Shown here piece by piece: positions 40,282 to 44,097 of a DNA stretch of 44,097 bases (position 1 is the stretch's first letter; the number at the start of each line of letters is the position of its first letter). This stretch comes from Thermoanaerobaculales bacterium. Its GTDB lineage: Bacteria > Acidobacteriota > Thermoanaerobaculia > Thermoanaerobaculales > Sulfomarinibacteraceae. The translations under genes were made by a program, and so were the position numbers. The stretch spans positions 1,774-45,870 of the forward strand of contig JAOZUP010000001.1 of assembly GCA_029938595.1 (NCBI GenBank). Reading direction: 5' to 3'. The notes below the pieces were generated by a model, which saw nothing but the letters and a program-made list of their open reading frames with translations, was not told the origin of the DNA and made no database searches.

Positions 40282-40908
40282 TCAGAACCCGTCCTCGCCG
40301 CTCGTAGGCTCGGTCTTCGCCTTCATCCGATCCCTGATCGCGGCGACGATGAAGTAGACGCCGAGCAGGAAGACCGGGACCGGCCACCAGTCATAGAGCC
40401 AGTCCATGTCGAACAGGTCGAGCTTGTCGGCGAGGACGACGGCGGCCGCGACGGCGAGGAAGACGCCGAACATCAGACGGCCGTGGCTGTCGGCACGTGG
40501 CATGGGTGTCTCCTGGTCCTCTGCGCGCATGTTGAAGAACTGGGCCTCGCGGTAGGCGTCGAAGATGCCGAAGAAGTAGACGAAGGCGATGAGGAACGAG
40601 AACCCCCAGAAGCCGCTGATGATTATGAAGACGCTGACGGCGATGGTAGCCCAGATCATGAAGGCGCGTTCATAGGCCCACACGTAGAGGTGTCCGAGAC
40701 CGGGGATCAGGAAGGACAGAAAGGCGGCCAACGGCGGCGACTTGGGTGGACCGGGCACCGGTGTGTAGGCCGGCAGGGGAGCGCGCTCAGGCTCAGGCGC
40801 AGGCGCAGGCGGCGGCGCTTCACCGGGGGCCGGCGGCAGGGGAGGAGTCGGCTTCTGCAGATCCTCGGAGAATTCGATTTCCGGTGTGTCGTTGGGTGTG
40901 TCGTTCAT
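40282..40908 (-). CDS. Pro-rich N-terminus, multi-TM membrane protein (third gene of the ECF operon)
   Basis: PPLPPAPGEAPPPAPAPEPERAPLP, followed by FLSFLIPGLGHLYVW and about 4 hydrophobic segments. AAGGAG lies upstream. ATGA overlap (40905-40908) with the anti-sigma stop. Confidence 0.6.
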   Translation of the reverse strand: MNDTPNDTPEIEFSEDLQKPTPPLPPAPGEAPPPAPAPEPERAPLPAYTPVPGPPKSPPLAAFLSFLIPGLGHLYVWAYERAFMIWATIAVSVFIIISGFWGFSFLIAFVYFFGIFDAYREAQFFNMRAEDQETPMPRADSHGRLMFGVFLAVAAAVVLADKLDLFDMDWLYDWWPVPVFLLGVYFIVAAIRDRMKAKTEPTSGEDGF

Positions 40909-41651
40909 GTGCTTTCTCCTTGCTGCTCCACGGTGTCCCCGGTGTCGGAGTTATTATTCTCATCGCTCTTGCTCACAAAGTCTCGTACCGCCTCGACCTT
41001 GCTCTCGCCCCACTTCCAGACCCGCCACAGCATGATGCGCGCCTCTCCGCGCCCCTCCTCGGCGGCTTCGCTGACCTCGGTGCTGACGACATCGACGACC
41101 CGCCCGACGGTGGTCCCCGCCTGGCTGCGGGCGAGAGTGACCGGGTTGCCGATGATCAGCGAGGTCAGGACGGCAAGCAGATACGCCGCCGCGGTGGCGA
41201 GGCGGCGGTTGAGGATTGGGCGTACGCTCGGGCGTTTCTCACGCGCCCGGATGCACAGGTTGACGAGATGGGGCGGAGGCTCCATCGCCTCGCTCACCTG
41301 GTGGATGAGCGTCAGATCCTGCCAGGCGCGCCGGCACGATGGGCACGCCTCGAGGTGGGTGAGGAGCCGTTCAAGGTTGTGCTGAGAGATCTCGCGGTCC
41401 ACGGCCTGGAAGAGCAGGCCCATCCAGCGCCGGCACGGCGATGCCTGGAGGTCGTCGGCGAGGTAGTCGGGCGGCTCCACCCCGGCCAGGGCGGCGCCGG
41501 CCCCGGTGATGAGCTCCATCGTCTCGGCAAGCTCGGTGCACTCGCTGCAGTCGGCCAGATGGTCTCGCACCGCGCACGCCTTCCCTTCCTCCAGCTCGCC
41601 GTCGAGATAGAGGCTGAGAAGATCGCGGACGTCGGTGCAGGAGAGCATCAT
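40905..41651 (-). CDS. Anti-sigma factor with two zf-HC2 (H-x3-C-x2-C) motifs and one TM segment
   Basis: Motifs DHLADCSEC and THLEACPSC. TM segment is AAAYLLAVLTSLIIG. ATGA overlap (41648-41651) with the sigma factor stop. Confidence 0.75.
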   Translation of the reverse strand: MMLSCTDVRDLLSLYLDGELEEGKACAVRDHLADCSECTELAETMELITGAGAALAGVEPPDYLADDLQASPCRRWMGLLFQAVDREISQHNLERLLTHLEACPSCRRAWQDLTLIHQVSEAMEPPPHLVNLCIRAREKRPSVRPILNRRLATAAAYLLAVLTSLIIGNPVTLARSQAGTTVGRVVDVVSTEVSEAAEEGRGEARIMLWRVWKWGESKVEAVRDFVSKSDENNNSDTGDTVEQQGEST

Positions 41652-42253
41652 GCGCTCCCCTCGGCCATCGTTCCGGCAGGAGGCACGGCACGGATCTGCA
41701 CCCGCCGGCGAACGGACGTCGCGAGCTCGAGGCGGGCGCGGTTCAGCCGCGATTTGACCGTACCGAGCGGCAATTCGGTCGCCTCGGCCATTTCTTTATA
41801 CGACAATCCGGCAAAGTCGCGCATCAGCACCAGGGTCGCCAGCTCTTCGGGAATCTGGCGCAGGCTGGCGGCAATGAGGCGAAGGCGCTGGCGGCGCTCG
41901 GTCTGCTCGTGAGGGTCGTCGGCGGCCGGCAGGCGGTCGATGATCTCGGGGTCGAGCCAGGCCGCCTCGCGCTCCCGGCGGCTGCGGCGGTAGGAATCGA
42001 TGATCAGGTTCTTGGCCACCCGCCATGCCCAGGCCATGAAGTTGGAGCCCGGCTTGTAGCGGTGGAGGTTCTCCCACAGCTTGAAGTAGACCTCCTGGCA
42101 GAGCTCCTCGGCCTCGGCCGCTGAAGGCGCGTAGCTCGCGCACAGACGGTAGATCGGGCGCAGCGTGGTGCTCACCAGCGCGCTCCATGCGTCCTCGTCG
42201 CCCTCGCGACAGCGCTCGACCGTGACTTCCAATTCAGCCATGTCCATTCTCAA
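41648..42253 (-). CDS. ECF-subfamily RNA polymerase sigma-70 factor
   Basis: Region 2: FMAWAWRVAKNLIIDSYRR. Region 4 helix-turn-helix: LSYKEMAEATELPLGTVKSRLNRAR. Confidence 0.85.
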   Translation of the reverse strand: MRMDMAELEVTVERCREGDEDAWSALVSTTLRPIYRLCASYAPSAAEAEELCQEVYFKLWENLHRYKPGSNFMAWAWRVAKNLIIDSYRRSRREREAAWLDPEIIDRLPAADDPHEQTERRQRLRLIAASLRQIPEELATLVLMRDFAGLSYKEMAEATELPLGTVKSRLNRARLELATSVRRRVQIRAVPPAGTMAEGSA

Positions 42254-42361
42254 CCTCTACAAACGGAGAGTGGTCGGCAAAAGTTCGCGATATCGGGTCG
42301 AAACATCATGTGGGAATGATACGCCACCCGGGACGCGTTGAGTTGAGCGGACGGAGGAAAC

Positions 42362-42610
42362 GTGGAATCAAAGCCGTGGCCGCAGGGGAGTATCGAAGAC
42401 CGTGTCGCATTTGCCATAGAAGAGGTGCGGCCGGCGATCCAGGCCGACGGAGGAGATGTGGCGCTTGTGGGCATTGAGGACGGCACGGTGCAGGTCAGCC
42501 TCCAGGGAGCGTGTCGCCACTGCGCCATGGCGAGCTCGACCCTCACCGATTTTGTCGCCGAGCGCATCAAGCTCTACGCACCCGAGATCACAGACGTCGT
42601 CGCCGAGTAA
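42362..42610 (+). CDS. NifU C-terminal-domain (Nfu-like) Fe-S cluster protein
   Basis: 82 aa. IEEVRPAIQADGGDVALVGIEDGTVQVSLQGACRHCAMASSTL carries the CxxC motif. GGAGG precedes the GTG start. Confidence 0.8.
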   Translation: MESKPWPQGSIEDRVAFAIEEVRPAIQADGGDVALVGIEDGTVQVSLQGACRHCAMASSTLTDFVAERIKLYAPEITDVVAE

Positions 42611-42630
42611 CGGAACGTTAAAACGAGCAC

Positions 42631-42657
42631 GAAAAACCCACCCTCGGTCGGGTGGGC
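42631..42657 (-). terminator. Intrinsic terminator (minus-strand U-tract), possibly bidirectional hairpin
   Basis: Stem cccaccc / gggtggg with loop tcggtc. On the minus strand it is followed by TTTTT. It lies 62 nt downstream of the fur stop and 27 nt downstream of the Nfu stop, with no U-tract on the + strand. Confidence 0.6.
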
Positions 42658-42659
42658 GC

Positions 42660-42693
42660 GAATTCCTAATTCCTAATTCCGAATTCCTAATTC
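42660..42693. repeat. Tandem heptamer repeat (TTCCTAA, one TTCCGAA variant), about 4 copies
   Basis: gaattcctaattcctaattccgaattcctaattc. This is the reverse complement of the core TTAGGAA, the same core as the octamer array at 3157-3188. Confidence 0.9.
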
Positions 42694-42718
42694 GCTGCGA
42701 TCCACCAGGATTGCAGCG

Positions 42719-43126
42719 CTAAGCCTTCTTCGGCTCCTGTTGGAGGCACCCGGCGCAGCGTCCGGTGAAGATCACCTTCTGATCGGCGACCTCGCAGCCG
42801 ACGAGGTCCTTCAGGGTCCTCCAGTCGATGTTCTTGACGTTGCGCACGTCGGTGATCTGGTCGCACGAGTCACAAATCAAGTGAGCGTGGGGCGAGACGT
42901 CCGCATCGTAGTGAGCGCGACGGTCGTTGCCGTAGATTTCCTGAACCAGGCCCTCTTCCTTGAGCACACCGAGGTTGCGGTAGACGGTTCCCAGCGAGAC
43001 CTTTGGCAGAGTGTGTCTGACCTGGTCGAAAACCCAGTCTGCGGTTGGGTGGGAGTACGTGTTCTTGATCGTTTCGTACACCACGCGACGTTGCTTGGTT
43101 TCGCGGGTTCGTGGACGGTGCTTCAT
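42719..43126 (-). CDS. fur: Fur-family metalloregulator (Fur/PerR/Zur not distinguished)
   Basis: Winged-helix motif SLGTVYRNLGVLKEEGLV. Metal sites HAHLICDSCDQ and GRCAGC. Confidence 0.85.
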   Translation of the reverse strand: MKHRPRTRETKQRRVVYETIKNTYSHPTADWVFDQVRHTLPKVSLGTVYRNLGVLKEEGLVQEIYGNDRRAHYDADVSPHAHLICDSCDQITDVRNVKNIDWRTLKDLVGCEVADQKVIFTGRCAGCLQQEPKKA

Positions 43127-43260
43127 GGTTTCCCCCCAGAGCTGGCAATTTGCTACTGGTTCCTTTTACCACAGTGAAATCGCGGAGTCGAGTAAGGGTC
43201 GTGCTATATTTTCGGCAGAACCCGTCCACGCCCGGGAGATCGACTCCCCGGGAGAATCCA

Positions 43261-43953
43261 ATGTCTCAATGTATCCGTGATATGGAACCGTCGCAGAGGC
43301 CCCGTGAGCGTCTGCTCGAGTACGGACCCCGATCGTTGTCCGATGCCGAGTTGCTGGCAATTCTCACGCGAACCGGACGCCGCGGCTGCGGCGCCGTGGC
43401 CGAGGCCCACGCCCTGCTGGCCGATGCCGGCGGTTTGGCCGGTGTCGCGCGGCTGGATCTCAACGAGTTGGTGGCGCGGCCGGGTCTCGGCCCCGCGAAG
43501 GCTGCCAGCGTCCTGGCCGCGATCGAGCTTGGCCAGCGCCTCGCCAAGGCCGAGGTGCGGACTGCCGAACGCCTCGACCAGCCGCAGATCGCGGGCGAGT
43601 TCCTGGTCCAGCGGCTGCAGCGCGAGAGCCGTGAGGTCTTTGGTTTCATCAGCCTCGACGGTCGTCACCGCTTCCTCGCCATCCATGACCTGACTCTGGG
43701 CACCCGGACCCAGGCGCCGGTCGATGGAGCGGAGCTCTTCCGCCTCGCGCTGCTCGACCGCGCGTCGGGCGTGCTGCTCTTCCACAACCACCCCTCGGGC
43801 GATCTCGAGCCGAGCCGCGATGACCTCGATCTCACCCGGCGGCTGGTGCTGGGCGGCCAGTTCGTGGGAGTGTCGGTGCACGATCACCTGCTGGTGGCCG
43901 GCGGGCGGTGGATTTCGCTGCGTTCGGCAAAAGCAGAGCTGTTCACCGGTTGA
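43261..43953 (+). CDS. radC: RadC-family JAB/MPN-domain protein
   Basis: From ATG 43261: PRERLLEYGPRSLSDAELLAILTRTG, GLGPAKAASVLAAIELGQRL, and the JAMM motif HNHPSGDLEPSRDD. Confidence 0.85.
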   Translation: MSQCIRDMEPSQRPRERLLEYGPRSLSDAELLAILTRTGRRGCGAVAEAHALLADAGGLAGVARLDLNELVARPGLGPAKAASVLAAIELGQRLAKAEVRTAERLDQPQIAGEFLVQRLQRESREVFGFISLDGRHRFLAIHDLTLGTRTQAPVDGAELFRLALLDRASGVLLFHNHPSGDLEPSRDDLDLTRRLVLGGQFVGVSVHDHLLVAGGRWISLRSAKAELFTG

Positions 43954-43983
43954 GCCACATGAGCCTGATGGAAAACCCCCATG

Positions 43984-44097
43984 GCTGTCATCCTGAGCCT
44001 TCCAGGGCCTTTGAGGGCCGACAATACAAGAAATGACAACGGGTGGCCGGCCCGTGATCGCTATCGCTATCGGAATCGCAATCGCTATCGATGCGCC
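43984..44097. repeat. Second copy (left half, truncated by the window end) of the palindromic (GCGATA)n element
   Basis: ggctgtcatcctgagcc ... gtgatcgctatcgctatcggaatcgcaatcgctatcgatgcgcc. Positions 44037-44097 are the reverse complement of 3395-3455 at 59/61. Positions 43991-44036 match 3456-3501 at 34/46 by hand alignment. Confidence 0.85.

Noticed and set aside
40483-41912. Plus-strand ORFs 40483-41385 (300 aa) and 40746-41912 (388 aa)
   Set aside because: They are antisense to the ECF sigma, anti-sigma and membrane protein genes, all of which have clear signatures and coupled ATGA overlaps.
3395-44097. Calling the 40.6-kb segment between the inverted 61-mers a composite transposon or genomic island
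   Set aside because: No transposase, integrase, recombinase or target-site duplication is visible. The left locus is itself a complete palindromic element, so a dispersed REP/MITE family explains the data. I kept it as a finding and did not annotate it as a mobile element.

Overview
High-GC bacterial chromosomal window. I found no rRNA, tRNA, CRISPR array, transposase, integrase or phage genes. Phylum is not determinable from sequence alone. Left flank (1-6.4 kb): a partial RluA-family pseudouridine synthase, an AAA+ ATPase, a DedA-like membrane protein, and an orphan OppD/OppF-type ATPase pair co-oriented with a membrane-anchored hypothetical. Core (about 6.4-40.3 kb): a strand-switching glycan assembly and modification island with visibly uneven GC. 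It holds a Wzm/Wzt ABC exporter and at least ten GT2/GT4 glycosyltransferase genes. Two of these are tandem paralogs with an unassigned N-domain. One is a 957-aa repeat-GT4-GT2 enzyme translationally coupled to a methyltransferase. The island also encodes a YfhO-like GT-C membrane protein, a beta-helix secreted protein and a possible SGNH-like protein. The most unusual content is four alkaline-phosphatase-superfamily ('sulfatase-like') paralogs. In all four the formylglycine Cys/Ser position is Thr, and all four end in the same acidic-L(R/K)ALGY tail. Three of them carry good lipoprotein signals. Right flank: an ECF sigma / double-zinc-finger anti-sigma / Pro-rich membrane protein operon, an Nfu-like protein, a Fur-family regulator and RadC. 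Intergenic DNA holds several structured repeat families: a palindromic (GCGATA)n element at both window ends, TTAGGAA tandem repeats, AACGTT palindrome clusters, twin 144-180 bp palindromes, and a 31-bp tandem repeat with a third copy 2.1 kb away. All functional calls come from motif recognition by eye. No database search was run.
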